38,926 nucleotides of DNA from Candidatus Zambryskiibacteriota bacterium. Lineage in GTDB: Bacteria; Patescibacteriota; Minisyncoccia; Phycocordibacterales; DATDWN01. The translations under genes and the position numbers were made by a program. Location of the stretch: positions 20,177 to 59,102 of the forward strand of contig JAPLZX010000011.1 in NCBI GenBank assembly GCA_026394815.1. Direction: 5' to 3'. The notes under the pieces are model-generated. The model saw only the letters and a program-made list of their open reading frames with translations, ran no database searches and was not told the DNA's origin. Positions 1-8,862 of the stretch are shown one piece after another (within the stretch, counting starts at the first letter, position 1; the number at the start of each line of letters is the position of its first letter).

Positions 1-255
1 AGTGATGAGAAAAAAGATAAAACAACAAAGAAAGTAAACAAAATAAATATTCAGCGCTATAAAGGTCTTGGAGAAATGAACTCGGAGGAACTTTGGGAAA
101 CTACAATGGACCCTGCAAGACGAATTCTGAAACAAGTTATTGTGGAAGATGGTGTATCTGCTGATAAAGTGTTTGATGTTTTGATGGGAACAGATGTACC
201 GGCTAGAAAAAGTTTTATACAGTCAAATGCAACGAAAGCAACATTGGATATTTAA
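1..255 (+). CDS. gyrB: DNA gyrase subunit B, C-terminal fragment (5' part outside window)
   Basis: Frame 1 reads ...[32 protein letters not shown]...[24 protein letters not shown], the GyrB/ParE C-terminal signature. Confidence 0.92.
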   Translation, partial: SDEKKDKTTKKVNKINIQRYKGLGEMNSEELWETTMDPARRILKQVIVEDGVSADKVFDVLMGTDVPARKSFIQSNATKATLDI

Positions 256-275
256 ACAAAATTTCTTAAATTACG

Positions 276-301
276 AAAAACCGCTTAGTTAAACGGTTTT
301 T
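276..301. terminator. Probable bidirectional intrinsic terminator between convergent gyrB and pspC-domain gene
   Basis: Inverted repeat AAAAACCG (276-283) / CGGTTTTT (294-301) with A/T tracts on both sides. Confidence 0.6.
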
Positions 302-525
302 TCAGATTCTGTGTGTTCCATATGATGAACAAGAGGTTTTTTGGGCACAATTAGTACAGCGATAATGTATCCGATGACAGCTGGCATTAATCCTGTCAGA
401 ACTGCTATCAAAATATAGAGAAGTCGTAGAATGGTTGGGTCCATATCAAAATATTCAGCTATACCACCAATAACTCCTGCAAAGACTTTATCAATATCAC
501 TTTTATATAATCTTTTTTTAGTCAT
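289..525 (-). CDS. PspC-domain small membrane protein
   Basis: MTKKRLYKSDIDKVFAGVIGGIAEYFDMDPTILRLLYIL... matches the PspC motif. Start placed at ATG 525, just after the thrS stop. Confidence 0.85.
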   Translation of the reverse strand: MTKKRLYKSDIDKVFAGVIGGIAEYFDMDPTILRLLYILIAVLTGLMPAVIGYIIAVLIVPKKPLVHHMEHTESEKTV

Positions 526-526
526 A

Positions 527-2269
527 TTATTTCTTATTTTTAATTTCTTCCGAAAATTTTGAAACAAGTTCCTCTTTGGAAATTTGCCCAACCTGTCCGG
601 CATCACGAGATTCTAAAGTAACTTTATCAGCTTCTACTTCTTTATCTCCGATTACAATCCAGTATGGTATTTTTTGATTTTTTGCATCACGAACTTTTCC
701 ACCAAGATTTTTATCCTCATTATCCAATTCCGCTCTGATATTATTTTCTTTTAATAAATCAAAAATTTTCTTTGCATATTCATTATGATTTGTGCGAACA
801 GGAATGACTTTGACTTGCACGGGAGAAAGCCAAAGAGGGAAGTTACCGGAATAATTTTCTATCAAAATCATGATAAATCTTTCAGGAGAACCTATTATTG
901 CTCTATGTAACATTACCGGTCTTTTTTCTTTACCATCTTTATCCGTATATTTCAAATCAAATCTTTCTGGCATAACGAAATCAATTTGAACGGTAGATAA
1001 TTGCCACTCTCTACCAATTGCATCAGTAACCAACAAATCCATTTTTGGTGCATAAAAAGCCGCTTCACCAGGTCCGTCAAAGTATTCTATTTTATGACGC
1101 TTCATAATATCTTCGGCCCATTTCTCAACTCTATCCCAAGTTTTTGGGTCGCCAAGATAACTATCAATTTTTTTAGGGTCTCTGGTGGATAATCTGTATC
1201 TATATTTAAATCCAAAAGTGGCCATCACTTTTTTAGTCATATCTAGAGCCACATCTACTTCTTGGTCAATTTGGTCTTCTCGGCAGAATATATGACAATC
1301 ATCCTGAGAAAAAGAACGAACTCTAGCTAAACCACTTAATTCTCCCGGTCTTTCATCTCTATAAAGCATAGCAAAATCTGTATATCTCAAAGGTAAATCT
1401 CTATAACTTCTTGGTTGGCTTGCGTAAATTTGTGTGTGTTGAGGACAATTCATTGGTTTCAAAAAGAATTCTTCATCAGAATAATTTGAAACGACTTTAA
1501 ACATATCGTCCTTATATTTATTATAATGTCCAGAAATTTTAAACAGTTCGGCCTTTGCAATTTGTGGAGTCCACACCTGAGTGTAATTCTCTTTTGTTTG
1601 TAGCTCTTCTATATATTCGTTCAGCAATCTACGAATTAAAGTTCCTCTGGGAGTATATAAAGGCAAACCACTTCCAATGTAATCAGAAAATGTAAACAAA
1701 TCTAATTCTTTACCCAATTTTCTATGGTCTCTTTTTTTAGCTTCTTCTTGTTGTAAAATATACGCATCTAAATCTTTCTTTGATTCAAAAGCTAAACCAT
1801 AAATACGAGTGAGCATTTTATTTTTCTCATCTCCTCGCCAATATGCTCCAGCTATTCTGTCTAGTTTCCACGAGCCCGCAGGAATCTTGCTCATATCATC
1901 AATATGTCCACCGCGACACAAATCAACAAAATCACCGGATTTTTGTGTGGTTATTTGTTCATTTCTTTCGTTTATTTCTTTAATTAGTTCAAGTTTGTAA
2001 GGATTTCCGGCAAATAATTTCTTTGCCTCTTCAAATGATAGGTCGGATTTTTCAAAACCCTTCCAGGATTTTGCTGTTTCTCGCATTTTCTTTTCTATCT
2101 TTTGAAAATCTTTTTCAGAAACTGGTTTTTTGAATTCAAAATCATAATAAAAACCAGTGTCTATAGCTGGTCCGAGTGTTACCAATGTATCTGGATACAA
2201 ATCCAAAACAGCCGATGCTAGTAGGTGAGCCAGTGAATGACGAATTTTACCCAAATTTTCTTTTTCCAT
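527..2269 (-). CDS. thrS: Threonine--tRNA ligase (short form, apparently lacking the N-terminal TGS domain)
   Basis: RHSLAHLL, DLCRGGH, AGAYWRG, RDHRKLG, LKPMNCP, AAFYAPK and HRAIIGSPERF motifs. Confidence 0.97.
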   Translation of the reverse strand: MEKENLGKIRHSLAHLLASAVLDLYPDTLVTLGPAIDTGFYYDFEFKKPVSEKDFQKIEKKMRETAKSWKGFEKSDLSFEEAKKLFAGNPYKLELIKEINERNEQITTQKSGDFVDLCRGGHIDDMSKIPAGSWKLDRIAGAYWRGDEKNKMLTRIYGLAFESKKDLDAYILQQEEAKKRDHRKLGKELDLFTFSDYIGSGLPLYTPRGTLIRRLLNEYIEELQTKENYTQVWTPQIAKAELFKISGHYNKYKDDMFKVVSNYSDEEFFLKPMNCPQHTQIYASQPRSYRDLPLRYTDFAMLYRDERPGELSGLARVRSFSQDDCHIFCREDQIDQEVDVALDMTKKVMATFGFKYRYRLSTRDPKKIDSYLGDPKTWDRVEKWAEDIMKRHKIEYFDGPGEAAFYAPKMDLLVTDAIGREWQLSTVQIDFVMPERFDLKYTDKDGKEKRPVMLHRAIIGSPERFIMILIENYSGNFPLWLSPVQVKVIPVRTNHNEYAKKIFDLLKENNIRAELDNEDKNLGGKVRDAKNQKIPYWIVIGDKEVEADKVTLESRDAGQVGQISKEELVSKFSEEIKNKK

Positions 2270-2319
2270 GATTCTTATAGCATATCATTTTTTATATGAT
2301 TTTGTATATTTTGATTACA

Positions 2320-2348
2320 TTGACAAATTGTTTTGTGTCTATTATAAA
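2320..2348 (+). promoter_or_regulatory. sigma70 promoter of cassette 1
   Basis: TTGACA (2320-2325), 17-nt spacer, TATAAA (2343-2348). Confidence 0.7.
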
Positions 2349-2414
2349 TATACTTAGAAAAGGTAACAGAAGTCGGCTCGTTTCGAGTCAACTGTTTCTT
2401 TGGGAGATGAAACC

Positions 2415-2630
2415 ATGTCTAACAACCCAGCTGTTGATGGAAGAACTTTCCTAGACGAAGACTGGTTCAACAGAAACGCGAAGGTGGGTTGCCAGACCTG
2501 CAAAGGAGAGGGACTGATGGTGTGGCGTTCCTCTTTTGGTGGCCTTGTTGTTTGGACTCCATGTATTGAGTGTTTCCCGGGGAACGAACAAGCCATAGAA
2601 GTGTCAAAGAGGTCCCATGTTACCAAGTGA
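2415..2630 (+). CDS. Cassette 1: 71-aa Zn-finger miniprotein (CxxCxGxG...CxxC)
   Basis: GGGAGA SD upstream of ATG 2415; CQTCKGEG and CIEC motifs; own promoter and terminator; visibly higher GC than the flanks. Confidence 0.7.
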   Translation: MSNNPAVDGRTFLDEDWFNRNAKVGCQTCKGEGLMVWRSSFGGLVVWTPCIECFPGNEQAIEVSKRSHVTK

Positions 2631-2648
2631 CGGGGAATTGTACACGAG

Positions 2649-2683
2649 AAGGGGCTGGACACAGCGAAGACCAGCTCCTTTTT
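2649..2683 (+). terminator. Intrinsic terminator of cassette 1
   Basis: AAGGGGCTGG ... CCAGCTCCTT followed by TTT, abutting the dnaE stop. Confidence 0.7.
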
Positions 2684-5600
2684 CATTCCATCGGTTTAAC
2701 CTTATCAATCAAAATACTTTTACCTCCGTTTCTGGTGGAGAAGGTCCCTTTAATAACAATACAACTTTCAGGGATTAAAATATCTTGAAATTCCTCAAAT
2801 ATTTTTGGAAAAGCTACAACTTCAATTGAGTCTGATAAATCCGTTAATTTGAAGAAAATCATTTTATCTCCATTTTTTGTCATCACACTTCGGACTTCTT
2901 CAACAATTCCGCCAACAACCACAGCTTCTCTTTCTTTAGATTTTTCTTTTATTTTTTTGATATTTGTTTCTTTGTTTTCAAGTTTGTGTTTGAAACTATC
3001 CAAAGGATGTCCGGAAATATAAAGGCCAAGAAGCTCTTTCTCCCAAAGTAATTTATCGGTTGGATTTGTTTTTGGTGCTAACTCTAATTTTATATCGCTC
3101 GTTTGATTTTTATCAACCATCCCTAAAAATAGGGAATCTTGATCACTCTCTTTATTTCTTTCTTCCTTATTAAATGTTAATAATCTATCAAGGTTATATA
3201 AAAGTTCTGCTCTATCTCCAAAAAAATCCATAGCACCTGTTTTTATTAGTGATTCCAAAGATTTCTTATTCAGATTTTTGTCTTTTATGCGACGGAGAAA
3301 ATCAGAAAGAGATATAAATTTTCCATTCAATTTTCTTTCAGTGATGATAGAAGAAGCTATACCTTCACCAAAATTTTTAATAGTTGTTAGTCCAAAACGT
3401 ATTGCATCAAGATTTTCACCTGCTCCATTTTTAATCATCCCAAATCCTTCGAATGACTCATTTACATCTGGAGGAAGTACTGGAATTCCCATACGTTTAC
3501 ATTCACCAATAATTTCAGCAATTTTTTCTATGTCTCCTGATTCTGCGGTAAGTACAGCAGACATGTATATGGCAGGGAAGTTCGCTTTCATGTATGCAGT
3601 TTGATAGGCTACTTTTCCATAACTAGCTGCCTGAAATGGTTCAAATAAATCCCAAAGTTCTTCTGATTTTTTCTCCGACATACCACCATGTTTTTGACAC
3701 CCTTCCACGAATTTAACGTGCTGTTTAGCCATTTCTTCGCGAATTTTCTTTCCCACCGCTTTGCGGAATTTGTCTACTTCGCCCCATGTGTACCCGGCAA
3801 CTTCTATAGCAGTCATCATTAGATCATCTTGATATACAAGCACACCAAACGTACGGTCTAGAAAATCTTTCATTTTTGGGTGAAGATATATAACTGGTTT
3901 TTTACCATGTTTTCTAGCAATATATTCTTGTATATTATTTATCGGTCCTGGACGATATAAAGCCACCATAACATTGATGTCATATATATTAGTCGGTTTA
4001 AGTTCCATTAAAGCCCGTGTCATACCATCACCGTTTAGTTGGAATAATCCAATGGTTTCTCCTAGTGCCAACATTTTAAAAGTTTTTTTATCATCTATGG
4101 GAACATTTTCAATATCTATTTCTATGTTTTCTATTTTCTTAACTCTTTTTACGGCATCAGCTAAAATGGAAAGATTTCTTATACCAAGAAAATCAAATTT
4201 CAAAAGACCAACACCGTCTTCTCCTACCGAATGCATATCATATTGGGTGATTATTTTATTGTCACCTTTTGTATCATATTGAAGTGGCACATATTCAGTA
4301 AGAGGTGTTGGGGAAATAACAACTCCAGCTGCATGCACGGAAATATGTCTTGCACAACCTTCTATCTTTTTTGCCATATCAATTATTTTTTTTACATCTA
4401 CATCTATTTCATACATAGTTTTCAATTCTGGAGTTTCTTTCACAGCTCTTTCTATTGTCATAGGGAAACCTTGGGCGCCCATTGGTATAAGTTTGGCAAC
4501 AGAATCACCGACACCATATGGAAAACCAAGAGCACGAGTGACATCACGCACTGCACCTCGTGCCGCCATAGTACCAAAAGTTCCTATTTGAGCTACTTTA
4601 TCTACTCCATATTTTTGACGAACATAATCAATCATTTCATCTCTTCTATTATCAGCAAAGTCCATGTCTATATCTGGTGCAGACGGTCTTTCTGGATTAA
4701 GAAAACGTTCAAAAGGAAGTTTGTAAAGAATTGGGTCTACATTTGTAATACCAGATAAATATGTTACAAGAGAACCAGCCACCGATCCTCTAATGGTTGT
4801 TAAAATTCCATGTTCATGTGCATAGTGTAATAAATCAGATACAACTAAAAAATATGAAGCATATCCCTTGTCCTTAATAATTTTTAATTCATATTCCATT
4901 CGCTCAATTATTTCTGGAGTTTTTTTGAGTCCTCGTTTTTTAATACCTTCTTCAGTAATACGACGCAGCTCATCGTCATAGGACAAACCACTTTTTACCA
5001 CATAGTTGGGTAAAAACCACTTGCCGATAGATATTTCCAAATTACATCTGTCAGCAATTTTCTCAGTATTTTCTAGAGCATCAGGTAAATTTTTAAAATA
5101 TTTTTCCGCTTGTTCTTGATTTATAAAAGAAAAATCATCATCTCCTTCCTCAATTTTTTCATCGTTTTGATTTTGAACAGCAAGTAATGTATCGCGAGCA
5201 ACACGATCTTCTTTATTTATATAATAAACATCATGGCAAGCGACAAGAGGTGTATTTGTCTGGGTTGCGAACTCAACCATTTTTTTCATATTTTCTTCGT
5301 GACCTTTCATTTCTGGATGATGTGTTATTTCTAGAAAAAAATTTGGTTTTTCAGAATTACCATCAAATGTTTTTTTATACCAACTCAACCTTTCCATAGC
5401 TTGTTCGGTATTGGCAAGTTGGAGTGATTTCAAAATATCATTTGAAAAAGATGGAGCGATAGCAATAAGTCCTTCGTGGTATTTCTCCAGAAGTTCACGG
5501 TCAATTCGGGGTTTATAATAAAATCCTTCCAAATGAGCGAAGGTAACAAGTTTGATTAAATTTTTGTAACCAATCTCATTTTCTGCCAGAAGCACTAATC

Positions 5601-5865
5601 GATAGCGTTCTTTGTCGACACCTGTTTGTTTATCAAATCGTGAACGATAGGCGACATAGGCATCTATACCTATAATTGGTTTGATGTCTTTTTTTCTACA
5701 GGTTTTATAAAACTCAATTGCTCCGTATAGATTGCAGTTATCAGTTAAAGCCAGGGCATTCATATTATTTTTTTTTGCTTCAGCAACCAATGCATCAATT
5801 TTAGGCAAAGCGTTTAGTAGTGAATAGTGAGAGTGAGTATGGAGATGTACGTATTTAGATGACAT
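2683..5865 (-). CDS. dnaE: DNA polymerase III alpha subunit (apparent ~8-aa in-frame deletion near 3630)
   Basis: PHP domain HLHTHSHYSLL; RGSVAGS, FERFLNPER, PDIDMDF, HAAGVVI, GLLKFDFLG; C-terminal OB fold. Confidence 0.97.
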   Translation of the reverse strand: MSSKYVHLHTHSHYSLLNALPKIDALVAEAKKNNMNALALTDNCNLYGAIEFYKTCRKKDIKPIIGIDAYVAYRSRFDKQTGVDKERYRLVLLAENEIGYKNLIKLVTFAHLEGFYYKPRIDRELLEKYHEGLIAIAPSFSNDILKSLQLANTEQAMERLSWYKKTFDGNSEKPNFFLEITHHPEMKGHEENMKKMVEFATQTNTPLVACHDVYYINKEDRVARDTLLAVQNQNDEKIEEGDDDFSFINQEQAEKYFKNLPDALENTEKIADRCNLEISIGKWFLPNYVVKSGLSYDDELRRITEEGIKKRGLKKTPEIIERMEYELKIIKDKGYASYFLVVSDLLHYAHEHGILTTIRGSVAGSLVTYLSGITNVDPILYKLPFERFLNPERPSAPDIDMDFADNRRDEMIDYVRQKYGVDKVAQIGTFGTMAARGAVRDVTRALGFPYGVGDSVAKLIPMGAQGFPMTIERAVKETPELKTMYEIDVDVKKIIDMAKKIEGCARHISVHAAGVVISPTPLTEYVPLQYDTKGDNKIITQYDMHSVGEDGVGLLKFDFLGIRNLSILADAVKRVKKIENIEIDIENVPIDDKKTFKMLALGETIGLFQLNGDGMTRALMELKPTNIYDINVMVALYRPGPINNIQEYIARKHGKKPVIYLHPKMKDFLDRTFGVLVYQDDLMMTAIEVAGYTWGEVDKFRKAVGKKIREEMAKQHVKFVEGCQKHGGMSEKKSEELWDLFEPFQAASYGKVAYQTAYMKANFPAIYMSAVLTAESGDIEKIAEIIGECKRMGIPVLPPDVNESFEGFGMIKNGAGENLDAIRFGLTTIKNFGEGIASSIITERKLNGKFISLSDFLRRIKDKNLNKKSLESLIKTGAMDFFGDRAELLYNLDRLLTFNKEERNKESDQDSLFLGMVDKNQTSDIKLELAPKTNPTDKLLWEKELLGLYISGHPLDSFKHKLENKETNIKKIKEKSKEREAVVVGGIVEEVRSVMTKNGDKMIFFKLTDLSDSIEVVAFPKIFEEFQDILIPESCIVIKGTFSTRNGGKSILIDKVKPME

Positions 5866-5907
5866 ATTTTACATTATAACATGTCATATGATGGCGCAGG
5901 GAGGGGG

Positions 5908-5950
5908 TTGATATTAAGTAGATTTAGTGGTACTATGCTAAAGGAGGTGA
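5908..5950 (+). promoter_or_regulatory. Promoter and strong SD of cassette 2
   Basis: TTGATA (5908-5913), 17 nt, TGG-TACTAT (5931-5936); SD AAGGAGGTGA 5941-5950. Confidence 0.75.
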
Positions 5951-5955
5951 GTTCA

Positions 5956-6192
5956 ATGAGTCAACTATCACGTTTGGTAGTTGGGAGGAAATCAGGAGTT
6001 CCTCTCGATGAGCTGGAGGCTGAGTTTTTGGTCTGGATTCAGAGAATTTTGGACCAAGGCGACCACAACTCGGCGGACAAAATTCTCCTGTATAACGCCG
6101 TGCTCCTGGTACGTGAATGTGTCGACCTTCGCAAGAAGGCTGAACCAATCACAGTGCTCGATCCCACCACCGGGGAATTCAAAAAGTGGTGA
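5956..6192 (+). CDS. Cassette 2: 78-aa hypothetical helical protein
   Basis: ATG 5 nt after AAGGAGGTGA; spot count 31/60 GC in 6061-6120; MSQLSRLVVGRKSGVPLDELEAEF... Confidence 0.75.
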   Translation: MSQLSRLVVGRKSGVPLDELEAEFLVWIQRILDQGDHNSADKILLYNAVLLVRECVDLRKKAEPITVLDPTTGEFKKW

Positions 6193-6219
6193 TGGTTGGA
6201 TTCGAATCACGGTTCTTTG

Positions 6220-6255
6220 GAGGGCTGTTTGCGCGCACGCGCCGACAGCTCTTTT
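6220..6255 (+). terminator. Intrinsic terminator of cassette 2
   Basis: GAGGGCTGTT-T-GCGCG-CA-CGCGC-C-GACAGCTCTT hairpin with a T-tract. Confidence 0.75.
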
Positions 6256-6275
6256 CGTATGTTAGAATTATTTAT

Positions 6276-6896
6276 ATGAAATATATTGTCGGAATTGATG
6301 AGGTGGGGCGTGGCCCTTTAGCTGGACCAGTGACTATTTGTGTTATTGCTTGTGATATAAAACTATACACAAAATTAAAAAAAAATAGACAGTTACCCCC
6401 ACTTGGAAAAGATAGTAAAAAACTCTCTCAATTTAATCGCCAAAAATACGCAAGAACCCTAAAAGCAATTATCCAAGGTCTGCCCTTGGATAAGAAATAC
6501 ATAGGCCTAGCCTATGTAGTGGTAAATGTTTCAAATAAAATTATTGATGAGAAAGGAATTTCTTTTGCTATAAAAAAAGCTATAAGCCAGGGAATTAAAA
6601 AATTAAGATTAAATCCTAAAAATTGTCAAATATTACTTGATGGTGGATTAAAGGCACCAAAAGAATTCAAAAAACAAAAAACAATAATAAAAGGAGATGA
6701 AAGGGAAAAAATTATTGCTTGGGCATCTATACTGGCAAAAGTAACGCGAGACGCTCTAATGTGTCGGCTGGCCAAAAAATATTCACAGTATGGATTTGAA
6801 ATTCATAAAGGTTATGGAACTCTAAATCATCGAAAATATATAAAAAAATATGGTTTATCAAATATTCACCGAAAGAGTTTTTGTAGAAATATTTGA
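6276..6896 (+). CDS. rnhB: Ribonuclease HII
   Basis: GIDEVGRGPLAGPV, DSKKL, LLDG, IKGD, ASILAKVTRD, HKGYGT and HRKSF motifs. Start placed at ATG 6276. Confidence 0.96.
   Translation: MKYIVGIDEVGRGPLAGPVTICVIACDIKLYTKLKKNRQLPPLGKDSKKLSQFNRQKYARTLKAIIQGLPLDKKYIGLAYVVVNVSNKIIDEKGISFAIKKAISQGIKKLRLNPKNCQILLDGGLKAPKEFKKQKTIIKGDEREKIIAWASILAKVTRDALMCRLAKKYSQYGFEIHKGYGTLNHRKYIKKYGLSNIHRKSFCRNI
6469..6518. repeat. Two adjacent perfect palindromes inside rnhB
   Basis: TTATCCAAGG-TCTGC-CCTTGGATAA (6469-6493) and TACATAGGC-CTA-GCCTATGTA (6498-6518). Confidence 0.8.
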
Positions 6897-6930
6897 TTTT
6901 TTCAAAGCTTTAATGTAATGTATTCACATT

Positions 6931-7155
6931 ATGGTTGTACGAATGCGTAGCACAAAAAGTCACCGAAACCACAGACGATCTCACGATGGTCTGTCTAATC
7001 CTGCTGTCACTTTGGACAAAAATACAAATGTTCCACATTTGCGTCACAGAGCGTCTCTTGTTACCGGTCAATATAAAGGCCGAGTGGTGATTGACATGCA
7101 GGCAAAGATTGCAAAACGCGCAAAAAAGGAGAAAGAAACAAAGAAAAATTCGTAG
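6931..7155 (+). CDS. rpmF: 50S ribosomal protein L32 (Cys-less form)
   Basis: MVVRMRSTKSHRNHRRSH...HLRHRA...GQYKGR L32 pattern; basic; upstream of nusB/rnc. Confidence 0.88.
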   Translation: MVVRMRSTKSHRNHRRSHDGLSNPAVTLDKNTNVPHLRHRASLVTGQYKGRVVIDMQAKIAKRAKKEKETKKNS

Positions 7156-7171
7156 TTCTCAAATTGTTTCA

Positions 7172-7200
7172 TTGATAATTAAAATATTGGTTGCTATAAT
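7172..7200 (+). promoter_or_regulatory. sigma70 promoter of nusB-rnc
   Basis: TTGATA (7172-7177), 17 nt, TGC-TATAAT (7195-7200). Confidence 0.65.
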
Positions 7201-7222
7201 AACAATGAAGTTATTTTAAAAT

Positions 7223-8116
7223 ATGGCAAACAGGCACCTTTCCAGATCAATAGTTTTGCAAACACTTTTTGAGTGGGATTTTAGTTCTAAAAATTCCAAA
7301 GAAATTATAGAAATTTTTAAGCGTAATTTGAGAGAATTTGCTCCGGGCCACGGAGATTTTTCTTTTATGGTGAACTTACTCAATGGTATTTTAGAAAAAC
7401 AAAAAGATATTGATTTAATTATAGAAAAAGCCGCTCCGGATTGGCCAATAGATAAGATAAGTATTATAGACAGAAATATTCTGCGCATAGGACTTTTTGA
7501 ACTCCTTTTTTCTGACAGAGGAGAAGTTCCTCCGAAAGTTGCAATAAATGAAGCCATAGAATTGTCCAAGGCCTTTGGTGGAGAAACTTCCAGTAAATTT
7601 GTCAATGGAGTTTTGGGGGCTGTTTACAAAGAACTTGGTGAACCCGGCAAAGAAGAAACCTCAAAAGACAAAAGAAAAGCCCAAATGCCTGCAAATGTAC
7701 CGATACAATATCTTGGCGGAGCTGTCGTCTATGCGCGAGATAAAAAAGATATTTATTTAGCTCTTGTTCATGATGTATTTGGTCATTGGACTTTATCAAA
7801 AGGAAAAATTGAGCAGAACGAAGATATTAAAACTGGAACTGTTCGTGAAATTAAAGAAGAACTTGGACTCGACATAGTCATTAAAGAAAAACTAGGAGAA
7901 AATGAATATCCCACATATCATCCGGAAAAAGGAAAAATAAAAAAACACGTTACATACTTTTTGGCAGAATCAAAATTTGTGGAAATTACACCAGAAGCCA
8001 AAGGAGGATTAGATGATGCCAAATGGTTTAAATTGGCTGATATAATTGACTTAAATTTCTATAATGATATATTGCCGTTGATAACCAAAGCGATAAACAT
8101 ATTACTAAAAAAATAA
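7223..8116 (+). CDS. nusB: Transcription antitermination factor NusB fused to a C-terminal NUDIX hydrolase domain
   Basis: N-terminal RHLSR...DRNILR...VAINEAIELSKAFG...FVNGVL; C-terminal WTLSKGKIEQNEDIKTGTVREIKEELGL Nudix box. Confidence 0.92.
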   Translation: MANRHLSRSIVLQTLFEWDFSSKNSKEIIEIFKRNLREFAPGHGDFSFMVNLLNGILEKQKDIDLIIEKAAPDWPIDKISIIDRNILRIGLFELLFSDRGEVPPKVAINEAIELSKAFGGETSSKFVNGVLGAVYKELGEPGKEETSKDKRKAQMPANVPIQYLGGAVVYARDKKDIYLALVHDVFGHWTLSKGKIEQNEDIKTGTVREIKEELGLDIVIKEKLGENEYPTYHPEKGKIKKHVTYFLAESKFVEITPEAKGGLDDAKWFKLADIIDLNFYNDILPLITKAINILLKK

Positions 8117-8118
8117 CA

Positions 8119-8814
8119 ATGACTACAGATTTCACGGAATTTAAAAAGAATGCAAAACTTACATTTAAAGATGCTGGTCTTTTGACCCAGGCTTTTGTTC
8201 ATCGCTCATATATAAATGAAAACAAACAATCTGGGTTAGCGCACAATGAAAGATTAGAATTTTTGGGAGACGCGGTTTTAGAACTTGTCATTACAGATTA
8301 TTTATATAAAAAATACACAGATAAAGCAGAAGGAGAACTGACTGCCTATAGATCTGCTTTGGTAAATGCTGACACTTGTGCTGGAATTGCTACTGACCTG
8401 GGAATGGATGAGTATCTTTTATTATCAAAAGGTGAAAGCAAAGATGTTGGTCGCGCAAGACAATATATATTGGCAAATGCTCTGGAAGCCCTCATAGGCG
8501 CTGTTTATATTGATCAAGGATATGATTCTGCAAAAGATTTTATTGAAAGAAATTTTGCTCCGAAAATAGAAGATATAATTTCTACAGGAAGTCATGTTGA
8601 CGCAAAGAGTTTGTTTCAAGAAAAAGCCCAAGAGTTTGATGGTGTTACTCCATTTTATAAAACTATTAAAGAAGCTGGTCCCGACCACGAAAAAAAATTT
8701 ACAGTTGGTGTTTATGTTGGGAAAGATTTGGTGGCCACAGGCGAAGGGGAATCAAAACAGGATGCAGAACAGGAGGCTGCCCGTGAGGCTTTGAAAATCA
8801 GAGGGTGGAATTAA
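8119..8814 (+). CDS. rnc: Ribonuclease III
   Basis: HNERLEFLGDAVL signature; dsRBD with KSLFQE...GPDHEKKF...SKQDAEQEAA. Confidence 0.97.
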   Translation: MTTDFTEFKKNAKLTFKDAGLLTQAFVHRSYINENKQSGLAHNERLEFLGDAVLELVITDYLYKKYTDKAEGELTAYRSALVNADTCAGIATDLGMDEYLLLSKGESKDVGRARQYILANALEALIGAVYIDQGYDSAKDFIERNFAPKIEDIISTGSHVDAKSLFQEKAQEFDGVTPFYKTIKEAGPDHEKKFTVGVYVGKDLVATGEGESKQDAEQEAAREALKIRGWN

Positions 8815-8862
8815 TTAAAAATTTTTCTTTTATTCAAATATTTTTGATATACTAATATCGAT

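Noticed and set aside
2354-2788. Alternative ORFs 2354-2686(-) and 2570-2788(+)
   Set aside because: They lack SD/promoter support and overlap the better-supported cassette 1 ORF, its terminator or dnaE.
3278-4758. Antisense ORFs within dnaE (likewise those within smc, rnr, the ABC genes, rpoB, rpoC and uvrD)
   Set aside because: Shadow frames of long genes, with no motifs or initiation signals.
6193-6212. GGATTCGAATC resembling a tRNA T-loop (possible att remnant)
   Set aside because: No cloverleaf, acceptor stem or CCA, and it is too short to support a call.
5933-6265. Overlapping alternative ORFs around cassette 2 and the extended rnhB start at 6186
   Set aside because: These are by-products of higher GC. 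Only ATG 5956 has an SD, and rnhB homology begins at MKYIVGIDE (6276).
7205-7219. uORF MKLF* upstream of nusB
   Set aside because: The ATG lies only 4 nt after the -10 box, probably upstream of the TSS.
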